64,000 nucleotides of DNA from Chrysomallon squamiferum (taxonomy: Eukaryota; Animalia; Mollusca): the NCBI GenBank assembly GCA_012295275.1, contig CM022669.1, forward strand, positions 13,764,001-13,828,000, given 5' to 3'. The translations under genes and the position numbers were made by a program. How positions within the stretch are numbered: position 1 is the stretch's first letter; the number at the start of each line of letters is the position of its first letter. Positions 25,716 through 49,740 of the stretch are shown one piece after another. A model generated the notes under the pieces. The model saw only the letters and a list, made by a program, of their open reading frames with translations. It had not been told where the DNA came from and searched no databases.

Positions 25716-26615
25716 TTATTTTTTTCTTTTTTCTTTTTTTGACAAGTATGTTCTCACTGTTCCCAGTATGCAGAGGCCACAAGAAAAACACGATTTCGTT
25801 TTATTAACACAAGCTTCGCAACTCGATATGTGGCTACAAGGAAGACATAAGATAACCGCTTCGCTGTTACATTTTAGACATTTGGGCTTTCCTGTTCGTC
25901 GAGACTCTCCCTTTTCACCTTTCAAAGCCGAATTTTTCTGATTTGTCGATTTTTCACAACAATCTCTTTCCGATTTACCACCAGAGTTAGAGGTGTTGTG
26001 TCCTCCGTTCTGTACATCCATTTCATTTGCTATATTCAGCCGTATTTTCATTATTTTTTCTACAATCTTGGCAACATTATTTTTGTTGTTTTCATTTATT
26101 ACTTTTCTTATCTCGACCTCGGTGAATCCCATCTTAATGACGGTCTGCACGTAACTGCTGTTAGGATTAAAACTGGTTGAACTTGAAGCTGTTCTGGTTT
26201 CTGCTGGTACTAGGTAGCGTGAATTTGTAGAAACAGGCTCATTCACTGCATCAGAAACAAACCGACATCTCGGAGAAAGCCGTAAATGTTCTACTAAAGG
26301 ATCGTCGGTTTTCTGCCAGTTTCTCACAGTGATACCACACGAGAAACATCGAACTCTGTCTCCTGAGCCTATGTAAAAGAAACCTGCAGATGCGAAACTT
26401 TCGGGAGTTTGGGTGTAATATTTAACAGGCCATCCCACAAAAGTGTGTATTCTTGACCCGAAACTCTCGTATTCCGGCCATCGTGGTTTCTGATTCGTAT
26501 TACTAACCGAGTCCGCATGCGTTGCTCCGACTTCCGTCATTCTGCAATCGTCTTTTTCTTCTTCGTCAAAGCAAGATGTGGTTGCTTCCCTTCGATCATA
26601 TTTTGAAGAACCCAT
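25716..26615 (-). CDS. IAP copy 3; single-exon CDS, 299 aa, BIR + UBA-like + C3HC4 RING with a basic C-terminal extension
   Basis: BIR CFSC-x16-H-x6-C, UBA-like VIKMGFTEVEI, RING CLKC...CSH...CEAC...CFSC, then TVRTYLS followed by KKEKRKK. Confidence 0.93.
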   Translation of the reverse strand: MGSSKYDRREATTSCFDEEEKDDCRMTEVGATHADSVSNTNQKPRWPEYESFGSRIHTFVGWPVKYYTQTPESFASAGFFYIGSGDRVRCFSCGITVRNWQKTDDPLVEHLRLSPRCRFVSDAVNEPVSTNSRYLVPAETRTASSSTSFNPNSSYVQTVIKMGFTEVEIRKVINENNKNNVAKIVEKIMKIRLNIANEMDVQNGGHNTSNSGGKSERDCCEKSTNQKNSALKGEKGESRRTGKPKCLKCNSEAVILCLPCSHISSCEACVNKTKSCFSCGLCILGTVRTYLSKKEKRKK

Positions 26616-26875
26616 TATAAATTTTACACAAGGAAGAATACCTTTCTCAGTGTTTACGTTCGAAGACTGGTAATAAGCAAAAATATCGGTGCTTGGAGAA
26701 GTTGTAAATGTTAAGGAAATTATAAAAATTGCTTTCAGTTTTTACGAAAACGTAACTGTACGATGTTCGGAGAATTGTGTTCTTTTTAAAATCGAGATTA
26801 CCTGAAAGGAACGATAGCAATGATAACTAGATGTAGACTGCACAATATGAATTCTCAGTTAGGAAGCTTATGTGA

Positions 26876-26928
<53 letters not shown>

Positions 26929-27644
26929 CACGCGTGTTTGTCTATCTGTCTGTTGCAAATTAGAATTACTTTGGGCAAGTCAGAATATGTATTACAATAT
27001 ATCATGTTAAAATATGTACTGTCTTACATTTTATATATGCTGATATATAATCTTCAGTTTAAAGTTTTTATTGTTGATTTTATTGGTCATGCTATTGTTT
27101 TTATTCAAATTATCATCTTCATCTTTTTCAAGTGGATTAACTTTTTTAGCAAAGTTTACTTGTATTTATTTACTCAATTTTATTTATCTGTGTGTTTATT
27201 AGCATACATATATACTATATCTACGTCTTTGGATATGTTCTGATTCAGAGTATTAATATAAATAAATAAATACATATTGTGATGAAGATAATAATGATGA
27301 CTATAATAATGAGTACAATAATAATAATAACAATAACAACATCAATAACAACAACAACAACAACAATAATAATAATAATAGTAACAGTAACAACAACAAC
27401 AACAATAATAATAATAATAGCAACAGTAATAAGAACAACAACAACAACAACAACAATATGTAAAATATCGTTCTAAACAGATTATTCTAACTGGAACGCA
27501 GATATTTCCGGGAGTAACTATGTTACAAAAATGTCACGTTTCTAAGTTAATCATAATGAATTTCAGCATGATGCCTCTTATGCGGTTAATATTTGGGGTT
27601 GTTTTTTTTTCTGGAGGGGGGGTATTTTATTTATTTATTTATTA

Positions 27645-27679
<35 letters not shown>

Positions 27680-28185
27680 GTGACTTTTTTTTTTTAGCGA
27701 TAATTGATGTTGAAATCTCTGAACCGAAGGTAATAGTAAGCTAACGTAAATATTACTATAAACGGCGATGTTTGCCTTAATATAAAATCTTCAGTTGTGA
27801 TTTGAAATTCTTCCTTTTCATAACCAGAAGACATATTTAGATTGTAGACATTCTATTTATTTTGTGACATTGGAAGTTTAAATCGAAACGGTTTTCCTTG
27901 TCTACATAATCTGCTAACTGTTAGAAATCTAACGATGAAAACCAAAATAATGATGATAAACATTAATTTACACAAACCTACATTTTAAAATCGTTATTAT
28001 ATTAGAGAAAAATTACTTTCTTCTACCAGTTCTAAATGTGTAACAAAATAACGAATATATATATATATACATTTTATTATTATTTTTATTATTAATAGTT
28101 TTCCCCCATTCAGAAACAATCAGCAGATTAAAATGTTCTGAATTATTTTATGTTTCTAATCATTTACCGTAAAATAAACGTGATG

Positions 28186-28220
<35 letters not shown>

Positions 28221-28616
28221 AAAAAGTGTACTCGTGTGAAATAAACGTGATGTTTATGTATATATATATATACATAAACATCATGTTTATTTTACAGAGC
28301 CTGTGCAGTACACTTTTTTATTATTTACGTCAGTTTTATAAATAGCGTTAAACCTTGTAATTTAACTATTCTAATAACTTTAGTGGTATATATATATAGA
28401 AAAGACAGAAAAGTGTCTATCACTGTAGTACTGCAACTTCAGGTGTCGAAAATAAAAGCGATCCATGAATACCGATCTATAAAAACATTGTGCGGCTCAA
28501 ACTAGTTTTAAAAATAAATGTAAAGCAACAAAAATATTAAATATTGACAATAATGTACGTACCATAACCATGAGTTGTTGGTTCATTACTATTAATTGTA
28601 TTATTAGAATGGAAAT

Positions 28617-28626
28617 GGGTTTTCCC
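28617..28626 (-). promoter_or_regulatory. Candidate Rel/NF-kB site GGGAAAACCC ~2 kb upstream of the IAP copy 3 ATG
   Basis: Plus strand reads GGGTTTTCCC. Confidence 0.45.
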
Positions 28627-29696
28627 AACTAAAATAAACTGGCTAACGCGTCAGGAAACTGTCATATGATCTCTAATTAAAATATTAGTCAGATAATCTG
28701 AGAGATATAAACAAAATGAATAGTCTCTCTCTGTTTTTTTTTTTTTTTTTTTTTTCAAATTTATTTTCAAATAAAAATTAGGTTATGGTTTGCAGTTACT
28801 GTTACAAATGAATAGCGATGATAAACAAAAGGGCCGTAACTCTACTCCGTCGGATTAAATGTTTATAATGTTTTTCTGTTTCATTCTCGGCTGTTGGGGA
28901 GTTTTCTAGATGAGACATTCTGTTTACGAATACATTTCCTGTAAGGATTAAATCGATCTGGCTTTGTGACACAGTCATGAATATTTGTTTAATATTACTT
29001 TTTCTTTTCTTTCTTTCTTTCCATTAATACCGTTATTATTATTGTTGTTGTTGTGTTATGATGTATTTATAATGATGATAATTTAAGAGTGAAAATATTT
29101 TTTAAAAAACAAAGATAAAAAGTGCTCAACCTAATTTATTCATTCCATCGACTTCTTTTATCAATTAGCAAAAACAAGAGATTTGTTGGTATTTTTTTTT
29201 TTTTTTTTTTTTTTTCATCAAGTTTTTGTATTATTTTTTCAACGCTGTTGATGTAAGTATTAATTATGCCCAACAGGATACAAAAATAACTTCAAAGTAA
29301 TTTTAATTTAGAATGGATAAAATAACAATTGGTAAACATAATTAATTGCTTCTGACACACACACGAACAAACAAACAAACAAACAAAAACAAAAACATAT
29401 AAATAAATAAATAAATAAATATTACGTCTGTCTTTTAATAATCATGTAATTATAATTAAAGCAGTCACTGGGATCTTTTCATTTTCAGAATAGATATCTA
29501 CAAATAACAAATATTATAACAAATTATACCACACATCTTCCATCATTATTTAAATTATAAACTATAATTATCACACACTAATAATTTAAGAAATCATTTA
29601 TATAATTAAGCTCCACGAAAGTAAAGTAGTTGTCTCCGCAGATATATACAAATAATCCAGGTAAAACATTTTTAAATGAAACGTCCAGGCATACTG

Positions 29697-36308
<6,612 letters not shown>

Positions 36309-36331
36309 TTTGGTTTTCAGTTTTGTTTCTG

Positions 36332-36389
<58 letters not shown>

Positions 36390-36508
36390 ATAAAATAAAT
36401 AAATAAGAAGAAAAGCTAAAAAAAATGAAAGAAAGAAAGAAAGAAAAAAATAGAGAAAATAAAGAAAAAAGATAGAAAATGAAAACAAAGAACGAAAGAA
36501 GGAAATAA

Positions 36509-36541
<33 letters not shown>

Positions 36542-37343
36542 AACCATTTATAATGGGAGAAAAAAGAATGCCGTTAAAATCAGTAAAAAAAAGAAAGAAT
36601 AAATGAGAATAATAAAATGAAAAAGTACAACCGCTAAAATATATTTTGTTTACTCACAAGTTCCTGTGGAAACAATCTTTGTTTCATGTATATTTAAAAT
36701 AAATAAATAAATAAATAATAAAGAAAAGAAATAAATAACCGAGGTTGTTAATCATAGCGTCGTATAACTGACAGATTGTGAACAAGACAAACACTTCTAA
36801 GATACGTTACCGAACGAGAGCCGTGTCGCCTATGATTTAATCATCTTCGTTATTTCATTAAAATATAGGTTGCAAACTTCAGAGGTTATCATACTAAGCA
36901 ATTCGTATGTAGGCGATGGTTTCTTTATCACGCATGCGTATAAGCTACATGAATATGTCCTACTAACGCACCTTCCAAAGGCGTTCTCAGAAGTGTTTTC
37001 ACGAAAGTTCATTTATAAAAATATGCCGTGCTATAAGTCGTGCTCGTTGAAAGGATCTGTCTAGCTTAATTAAAATACATATGATATTATTATTATTTGT
37101 ATTTGTATTGTTGTTACTGGGTTTTGTATTTAATAATAATTAATGCTATGCAGATGTACATGCATGTCTATGTAGGTATGATACATAAACACACACATAC
37201 AAATTTACAAATATATATATATATATATACACACACATAAACACACACATACAAATTTATATATATATATACATATATGCACACATACAGAAAAAGAGAG
37301 AGAACACATACATACGTATACACATGCACACACAAATACATAT

Positions 37344-37404
<61 letters not shown>

Positions 37405-37891
37405 CATACACATACATAAATACATAAACATGCATACACAAACACAAATCTGTACAACAGTTACAGTTATGATAATGTTAATATCAGCAGGAGGTTGAAG
37501 ACGGTGATAAACGTAATCGTTGTCTGACTTCTTTGGTTTACTGGTCAAAAACTTGTTAAAGATATATATGAGTCGACTTAGTATTAATTAACACACACAT
37601 TAAAAAAAGAAAGATTTAATTTGTTAATACATACCCAAAAACAGACATCAGCGAAACAGGAATGCTGTCGCACACTGAAAGGCCATAATGAACAGGGATC
37701 GAGTATTAGACTAGAGTTTTTGTTGTTGTAAGTAAACACGTGATTACCAAGTCGACTCTGTCACTTTCAGTGGAGGAGAAATAACCACTGCTGCAGATCC
37801 AGTTGCTTTTATTGTTCTTTTTCTTAACGGTGATGATTAAGATGATGATGACGGTGATTATTTTTAGCATTATTATTATTATTATTTTCTT

Positions 37892-37984
<93 letters not shown>

Positions 37985-39179
37985 GTTATCAATGTCATCA
38001 TCATTATCATCAACATCATCAAAATCGGTTATAATAATATTATTGGAATATGTACTACTAATGGAGCTGTAGTAGTCGAAGTAGCAGTAATACTACTAGT
38101 TGTTCTAGTAGTCATAGTAGTAGTAGTAGTAGTAACAGTTGCTGTTTTTTGTTGTTTCGTAGTTGCGGCTGCAGTATTATAGCAGTGGTATTAATACTAT
38201 TTATTTTATTTTGTTTTATTCTATTTTATTTTATTTAGTACGAGTTTTATTATTATTATTATCATCATCATCATCATCATCATTATCATCATCATCATTG
38301 TTGTTGTTGTTGTTGATGTTGTATTCTATTCTATTCTAACTTTAATTTATGTCACCTTAGCCTAGGAGTATTTCAAAAACTATGACAAATATGTTTCAGT
38401 CCCAGTATTATGGCAAAGAGTTATGCTCGTAAAATAAACATTTTTGTTTGCTCCAGCCCGCCCGACCGCGTGTGTTAGTGGATGTTTGTAGTGGTTTGAC
38501 GCGCTTGATATCGCTTTGCACTGCAACACAACACCAGCGCTCTAATTTATAAATTATTTATCTAACCTACTTTCGGACTGCCTTTTCCTCTGCCCTGCCC
38601 ACAATTAACAACAATTAGTATATTAGAGTGCTCATAGCAGCATATCTATGTCAGTTACGATTCGAGCAAAGAAAGTCCACATATAACGATACACCAAGTT
38701 TTGTTAAATTCTAATGCTATATATATATATATGTTTGTGTGTGTGTGTGTGTATATATACATATTTGTTTGTGTGTGTGTGTGTGTATGTGTGTGTGTGT
38801 GTATACATATATGTTTGTGTGTGTGTGTATGTGTATGTATATATATATATATATATATATATAAAGTGAGATATTTCACAGACTTTTAAATAATTGTTTT
38901 ATTTATCTTTGAATGACACCCAGTAGCCAGTTTTTTTTTTGTGTGTGTGCTGGGGTGTCGTTAAACAAACAAACAATTCGTTTCAGTTCTGGCCTGACGG
39001 AAAGTTGCGTTGTTACCAGTGGGCTACACGTCCCTACCTTCACGTACCGTAAGTGTCATAAGATAAGTATCAGAAAATCACTATAAAAATATTCGTTATG
39101 AACATATAATTAAATGTGTTTTAGTATAAAATGTTCATAACATAATTATAAAAAAGGATATGTATATATTTTTTTTTTT

Positions 39180-39780
39180 TTCTCTTAAAGCATTTTGTGA
39201 CACTTCTAAAAAAGGTTGCTGGCGGCTTAAAGTATTTCGACTGCTGATTGATAATGTAAAGAAAATAAAAATAAAGATTATGTTATGTTATTGTGTTATT
39301 TGTGCAGATCGATCGTTACTAATCCGACACCAAGTGTGAACTTTACCAGACGAGAAGTGTTCCTTTTATTCACTGAAATGGCGGTTAGAGTTACAAAGTA
39401 AAAGATTATAAAAATATCTGGAGAAATAACACGTAATACGGCTGTATGAGCAGGGTTTGAGTGGGTGTGTTTTTTTTTTGTTGTTTTTTTTGCTGTTTGT
39501 CTGTGTCTAAATTCAGTGTTTTCTCTTAACGTGTTCCTTCTTTCCGCTTTGTGGAATGAGACGCATTTTCTTTATTCATTGTAACAATGGCTGAACTAAA
39601 GGTTCGCAGATTATAAACAAACTGATATGGCTTGCCTATGTATTTGCAGATGATGTCAGCGATACGCTTGTGCCAGTAAATTCGTGAACTAAGGGTATAC
39701 ATGCAATAAGAACCGTCCTGAAAAATTAGCGAAGGGTTCGTGCAGTATTTACCCAGTATATTTTAAATAATGTTTGCCAA
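39180..39780 (+). mobile_element. Possible highly decayed LINE reverse transcriptase fragment
   Basis: KAF-, FSLFI and YVFADDV (~39633-39657) occur in RT motif order. No ORF is present. Confidence 0.3.
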
Positions 39781-39970
39781 AACATGTGACGGATTGCAGA
39801 ATAAGTAATGTTCGACCTGTCGTAGGTTTTGATTTTCTAAAATTTCCTGTTATAAAAGATTATGATGGCAGGAATCGAAACAGAAAATGAATGTTAACTT
39901 TGTAATTATAATTATTACGCTAAGTTTACTGAACCACAAAATAAAGAAAGAAAGAAATTCTGGCCTAATT

Positions 39971-40005
<35 letters not shown>

Positions 40006-40215
40006 GATATAATATATATAGTTATATACATCACATAAATTCATTTAACAATGATAAATACATTTTAAATTTAAATATTTAGAGTGCTGTGCAAAAATAT
40101 TAATTTTATTTATTTATACATTCATTCATTTATGTTTATTAATACATTTTTAGTTCTGGCTTTTACGCATCGGAAATCTTACTGTTAGACACGATTAACT
40201 ATTCTATTTTTATCT

Positions 40216-40225
40216 GGGAAAACCC
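40216..40225 (+). promoter_or_regulatory. Candidate Rel/NF-kB site GGGAAAACCC upstream of the plus-strand IAP
   Basis: Exact 10-mer, ~100 nt before a GTGAGT donor (~40323). An acceptor TTTCAG ends at 41525, just before the ATG at 41559. Confidence 0.45.
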
Positions 40226-40780
40226 AGGTTATTTTTGTACGACGTTACACAAGCAGTTAAAAGAAATCGGGGAAAAAAGGTTCATCTTAACCTAACACTG
40301 ACAGAAGACAAACTGAATTCGTGTGAGTATTAAAATCCATTTTTGTCTGAATAACATATTAGTGATGAAAATTAACTGAATATGTAATAGATAACATAAG
40401 TGTACATAAAAATAAATTTATACACGAAATCATATAATAATGACGAAACAGTTTAAATTTAAATATTTTTTGGGCGAGTTATCCCCTATATTTATTTATT
40501 TATCCATTTATTTATTTATTTAAGTTAAATTAATATTATGAAGCATATCGATAATTTTAGGATTCAAAATAACTGATAGGTTAACAAAGATAAGACTGTT
40601 AAAAGTTACGCTATTTTTATAACATAAAACTAACAACGAATTTTCAAATTAGGAAACAACTGTCGTTGTAGTAGTTGTCAACGTACTATTAATAACAGGT
40701 GTTGTAGTACAGTTGGTGCTGTTTTTGTTACTAGATAGTAATAGTTATTATCTAGTAGAGAACTAGTTGTTGTTGTTGTT

Positions 40781-40879
<99 letters not shown>

Positions 40880-41200
40880 TCTACTACAACTACTACTTCA
40901 ATTTTCAGCTGAATGTTTTACGTTTTTTAAGTAATTATATTGTATTCCACTAACTGCTAGAATCGCACCTGTTATTACTGCTTCTTGGTCTACTACGCAG
41001 GTTATACAAGTGAAAAATATCTATGACGATAAGTCAGTGCGAACGTGATTGTCCCATGTACGCTGATGTAACACATAATTAGATACATGTAAAAAACAAC
41101 AACAACAACAACGTAGGAACAGGACAAAACGAACCTCGCGTATTTAGTAGGAGAGTCAGTGGCTAGATCGTAGCTGAAAAAAACTTTTTGTACGTAATGG

Positions 41201-41251
<51 letters not shown>

Positions 41252-41343
41252 CATCATCATCATCATTATTATTATTATCATCATTATTATTATTATTATT
41301 ATCATCATCATCATCATCATCATCATCATTATTATCATCATCA

Positions 41344-41413
<70 letters not shown>

Positions 41414-41558
41414 TTTTATTTTAATTTTTCTTTCTTTCTTTTGTTTTTATTTTTTATTTTTACTTATTTTTTTATTTTATTTTTTTCGTTTTTTTCTTAA
41501 ATATTTATTATTCGTTTCGTTTCAGATTCTGAAGTAATTCTATAAGATTTAAAACATA

Positions 41559-42637
41559 ATGTCTGAGATACTTCGCCGGGGTGCGACGGTCCTAAACAAT
41601 GGTGCCACTGGAGTTGGCAGGACACACAGTCAGACAGGAAGACATTCTATGGGAAATAACCCTGGCGATAAAAATGATGAACACCGTCATTATGATTTTT
41701 ATACTGCACCGTCGTCCGCTAACTTCCGTGGCTATGGTCACCATCAAGAGGCTGTTGTGGACGGTGATGAGATAGAAGAAGACGGAGGACTTGGCATTAG
41801 CAGTATCGGGTACCGCGACAGTAACGGTAACAACTGTATGGACGATCTCTCTAATTTGAATTTAGCTCAAGTAAAATATCGAGAATACGCGACACACGAT
41901 TCAAGAATGGACTCGTTTGAAGGCTGGCCGTCTCGGTATTTCACTCAGACCCCGTCCGAACTGGCTGAGGCTGGCTTTTTCTACACCGGCACGTCTGATC
42001 GAGTCGAATGTTTCTGTTGTGGGTTGAGAATACAAAACTGGAAACCTAACGAAGATCCTCTGTCAACGCACTCAAACAGATCACCACACTGCGAGTTTCT
42101 TCGTAATAAACATGGGAATATAAACACGTCGTCATATGAACCATGCCCAGAATGGGCTGCAGTCTGCAGTCCAGTAGAAAATGCTTTAAAATGGGATTTT
42201 CTGAAACTGTCATATTTCAGGTAATTAAACGGAGTAACGGAAGAACTACAAATAATATTGACTTGTTTAATCTGATCGAATCTATTTTAAATAAAGAATT
42301 AGGACAACATGACAAATTCTTGGATCAGTTCGAGGAAACACATGAAAGAAGAAACGCCAACCAGGATGAAAATTCGGACAGAAAACAGCCTCAAAGACCG
42401 GATACTAACAACAAAACGACTTCGACAAACAGCAGCAATTTAAGTGATCAACTTACAAAAGAAAATCTGAAGTTAAAGGAAAGTCGTATATGCAAAAAGT
42501 GTAGAAAAAACGAAGCGGTTATTTTGTGTCTTCCTTGTGGCCATATAGCCGGTTGTGAGGGATGCACCGAGAAAACTCGTAATTGTTTCGTGTGCAGAGA
42601 AAGAATTTTGGGAACTGTACGCACTTACTTAGCATAA
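41559..42637 (+). CDS. IAP copy 4 (divergent paralog); single-exon CDS, BIR + UBA-like + RING; 1-nt frameshift, likely a homopolymer error
   Basis: BIR CFCC-x16-H-x6-C in ORF 41559..42224, and MGF plus RING CKKC..CGH..CEGC..CFVCR..TVRTYLA* in ORF 42143..42637. Adding one A to the run at 42187-42190 restores VENALKMGF. Confidence 0.9.
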
Positions 42638-43872
42638 AGTATTGAAGAATAATTCCAGAAAGATCATTATATCATAATATCAATAATGAAAAAGGAAGAT
42701 GAAAAAAGAGCGTGAAGGAATGAATGTATGTATGCTTGCGTTTGTATGACTGTGTGTGTACATTTCTGCTAATGTGGATGTGTGGGTGTCGTGAACGTAT
42801 GTGCGTGAATGTGTGTGTTCTCGAGTGTGTGTGCATGTGTATGACAGTCAGAGTGTGCACGTTCATACCGGCAGCAATAATTAAAATAACCACTATCATT
42901 ATTTAAAATTCATTTATAATGTTCATGATGTAATTGTTCGTGACAGTGTATACATTAAATTTGAAGTGTTTTGCTGTGTGTTAAGAAAACTGTGATCGAA
43001 CAAAATGAAAAAGGACCATCAAATAATACTGCTACAAAAATATTAAACTCATTTTTACACCATAACAACTGCAGAGACAATGTTATCGTATACACGCCGA
43101 ACTGATGTCTATAATTTACTTTGACAATTTAAAACAAACCAGAGAACATCGCACTGACGGCCGTTTATGCGATGACGTGACGACTGCTAGAAAATGTCGA
43201 GCCATAGATATTTTTAAAATGCACTGTTTTGTTCTTGTACTATATTATTAATTAAAATGTAAATAAATGTACTGATTATTCGTATCCGTTTTCTCTTCCA
43301 CAACAAATTATTAGTTAGCGAAACATTTAGACAAATATTTCAAGTTATTTTCTAGGATCAGTTTCCGAACGATTAGAAATGTAAATATGAAGTCACAGAG
43401 CGTCTGAGTTTGCTGTGGTAAACCTCACTTTCAAAACGCTTACTACAGAAAGCGAGACTGCTGTTTGATTCAGACGGCTGGAATCACAAATAACACAAAT
43501 ACACCAATCGGGAATGGGAATTATGTTTTCTATTATGTGTCGGTGTTTTCGATTGCGACATAACGCTTTATGATCAAGAGACTTTATTTTTCTTTTTCCT
43601 GATTGATTGTAATAAATCTTAATAAAATTATAATATTTTCCACGTGCAGACTAAGTGCCACGGCGTTTGTGGAATAAGCATAAATGCATTGATCTGTGGA
43701 TTTCATAATTGCTTATTTATGTCTCATTAAAAGCATCACCAAAACCATCTAAAAGAACACCAGAACTCATTAGAACGGTATTCACACTCGAACAAGAGTT
43801 GAGGATATATCGACACGAACGCTGCATTACTCATTTCCTTCCACAGAGAACAGTTGATACGAAACTGCTGTA

Positions 43873-46816
<2,944 letters not shown>

Positions 46817-48035
46817 AACACTGTATGAGTGGTCAAATACAAAAATAATAAAAGAAAGACAATAAGATTCGTTTTTGTTCCTGTAGTTGTTCCTGCTGTG
46901 GTTAATGTACGTTTCTGTTTTGATTTCTTCACTGGATGACTGGCTCGTGTTGTTTTTTCTTCTTCTGGTTTTTGTAAGCTTTGTTGTTGTTGTTATTGTT
47001 GTTGTTAAACAAAATAGCACTGTTACTAAACGAGTATTTTTCAACTAGCAGCAAGTGAAAGAGATTAACTTTCCTTTGAACAAAAAGCACACACCAAAAC
47101 AGTGGAGTGATTCTGAACTGAATCGGGAACAATATCAAAAGTCTCATTTAGGAAAACTCATCCACACTACATTCATAAGTGACAGTAACTGAGATGTACA
47201 AAAGGAAGCTGTTCTTCATAATATTAGTTATCTGTATATACGTATCTGCAATATTGATACCTTGTTCATATCTAAATAGATACATGCGACTAATTGAACT
47301 TTTCTATTGATAAAATGTCTTATATTAAACAGACATTTAATGTATATAAATAATATGAACAAAAACTCAGGCTTACACACATATACATATTTTTTTCTAC
47401 CCTTCAGATAGAGTGTGCTTTCCTGTTGATATTGTTTGTCAAGCCTCTAATATTACTAATAAATAAAATTTACACAACTAACTGAGTTCAGTGTAATTAA
47501 ACTTTTAATTGATCAAAGTCTGCTGTAATGAAATTTCTGGTTTAATAGTCAATAAGGTACCTGTAGAGTTTTTTGTTATTTGTTTATTTCTCTGTAGAAA
47601 TTACATCTCTAAAGGTAACAAATTCTGCAAATGAACTAAGTAAGGGGATTCGTTACAGTGAACACAAATTAAAAATACGAAATACATTTTAATCACAAAG
47701 TGAGTTATTTAAAAATTTGTGATTGCTTTTCATAGTGGAATTGTTTCTAGTTTGTTTACCTGTTGATAAATTATTCATGTTTGCGATCACAGATGAAACT
47801 GTAGTTCACTCCAATCTCTATAAAGTGCATATAACACTTTGAAAATTCAACCGTCAAAAGCTATGAAAGCTATATAATATTAATTCATTAGTTCTGAATA
47901 CTCATGGCCCACCTTCGGAAATACTGCTATCAATTGTTTTACTTTTTTTTTTTTTTTTTTTTTCACATCAAAACTGAATTAAAATGAAGTACATATAATT
48001 ATAGTTCTATCTGAAAGATACATAGGGACCCAGAG

Positions 48036-48183
<148 letters not shown>

Positions 48184-48439
48184 TGGCTTCAATCTCTATC
48201 AGATGAATAGAATATTTCAGGACATTTATCATGGCATACAGTGCAGGTATCGCTTCACAAAAAAATATTCTTTTAAATCGGGTTCGACTACTTCTCTGAA
48301 CGGTCTTTTTTTCGTTTCTTTGTTTGTTGTTGTTTTGTTTTGTTTCTGTGTGTTTGTTTTTGTTTGTTTGTTTCTTTCCTTGTTTTTTTACTGAGAAACT
48401 GGAGAACATTAGCAGCCATAACTTTCGTTACAATAACGA

Positions 48440-48715
48440 TAGAAACATATTTTAATGTTTATTTTATTTTATTTATTTTTTCTTTCTTTCTTCATATCTT
48501 TTCTTTTTAAGAAGATATATAACACAGGTAAAAATGAGAGTTATTGTTCCAAAATTAAAATTTGGGTGCCAGTACCTAATTATTGTTATTGTCGCTTTGT
48601 TTCGTTTCGCTGTTCACTCGATCCGTCCCAAAATAAAAATTACAACTCATTTTTCACAAATTATATTTCGGGCGACTTTTTTTTATCAATTCTAAGAAAA
48701 AACGTAACGGAATAT
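48440..48715 (+). pseudogene. Relic of FReD intron 4 and the start of exon 5
   Basis: Similar to 46290-46580. The acceptor is mutated (TTCGG GCGACTTT) and the segment is truncated after AACGGAAT. Confidence 0.65.
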
Positions 48716-49642
48716 AAATTAATTATGTAAACGAACTAAGTAACTTTATCTCTTTCGATTCCGTACAATGATCACAAATTGAAAATACGAAATAAGTTTT
48801 AATGAGAATGTGAATTATTTATAATTTCTGATTGCTTCTACAAATAGAATGCTTTAAGTTTGTTTACCTGTTGATAAATTATTCATGTTTACGATCACAG
48901 ATGAAACAGTATTTCTATAAAATGCATAATAACTATTATTAATTCTATTTTTTAGTCATTTATTAAATTGTCAATGTTCTATTTATATCAAAATAATGGC
49001 GTTCTTTATTTTTTCTTTTTTTAAAAACAAAACAGAAAAGACAAATGATGTGTGATGGGTCCACCTATAGTTACTGCTGTTCTAACTGAACTTATGATGT
49101 ACTTGGTCAGACTGAATGGCCTTGTGCAGCTCAGCACAGCCTAACAGGATCAGGCAATTTTCACCTTCACAGGATAAAGTTGAATATTTAAGAAATAGGC
49201 AGAAATTCTCAACTCTCCACTCTGGAAATAAGTAGCTTCACCCATATTGATTTTGTTGCACAACATATCAGAACAAAGTAATCGTGAAATTAATATTTAT
49301 TTGTTATTTTTTAAATGAAAACTGTTTCCTGTATGGTTTTTTACAAATTAAACAAATAATTAATAACTAAAGAACACTCACTCCCATACATATACACACA
49401 TTATTTACTTAAATAAATAAATTTCCTACACCAAAAGTAATATTTTTAAATTAAAAAAAATAACTAAATAAAAATTGGAAAAGTTTACACTTAATAGCTA
49501 TGAAAGCAATCTAGTATTAATTTATTAATTCTGAATCCTCATAGTCCAACTTCCGAAATATTTTTAAAAATTATTTTATATTTTAATTTCACGTCAAAAC
49601 TATATTAAAATGAAGTACATATAAAGCACAACGACCCAGACA

Positions 49643-49740
<98 letters not shown>

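Noticed and set aside
42187-42190. Programmed ribosomal frameshift in IAP copy 4 (TTTAAAA)
   Set aside because: The site is slippery-like, but paralog copy 3 is continuous through KMGF and another homopolymer indel occurs in this window. Error or simple mutation is more parsimonious.
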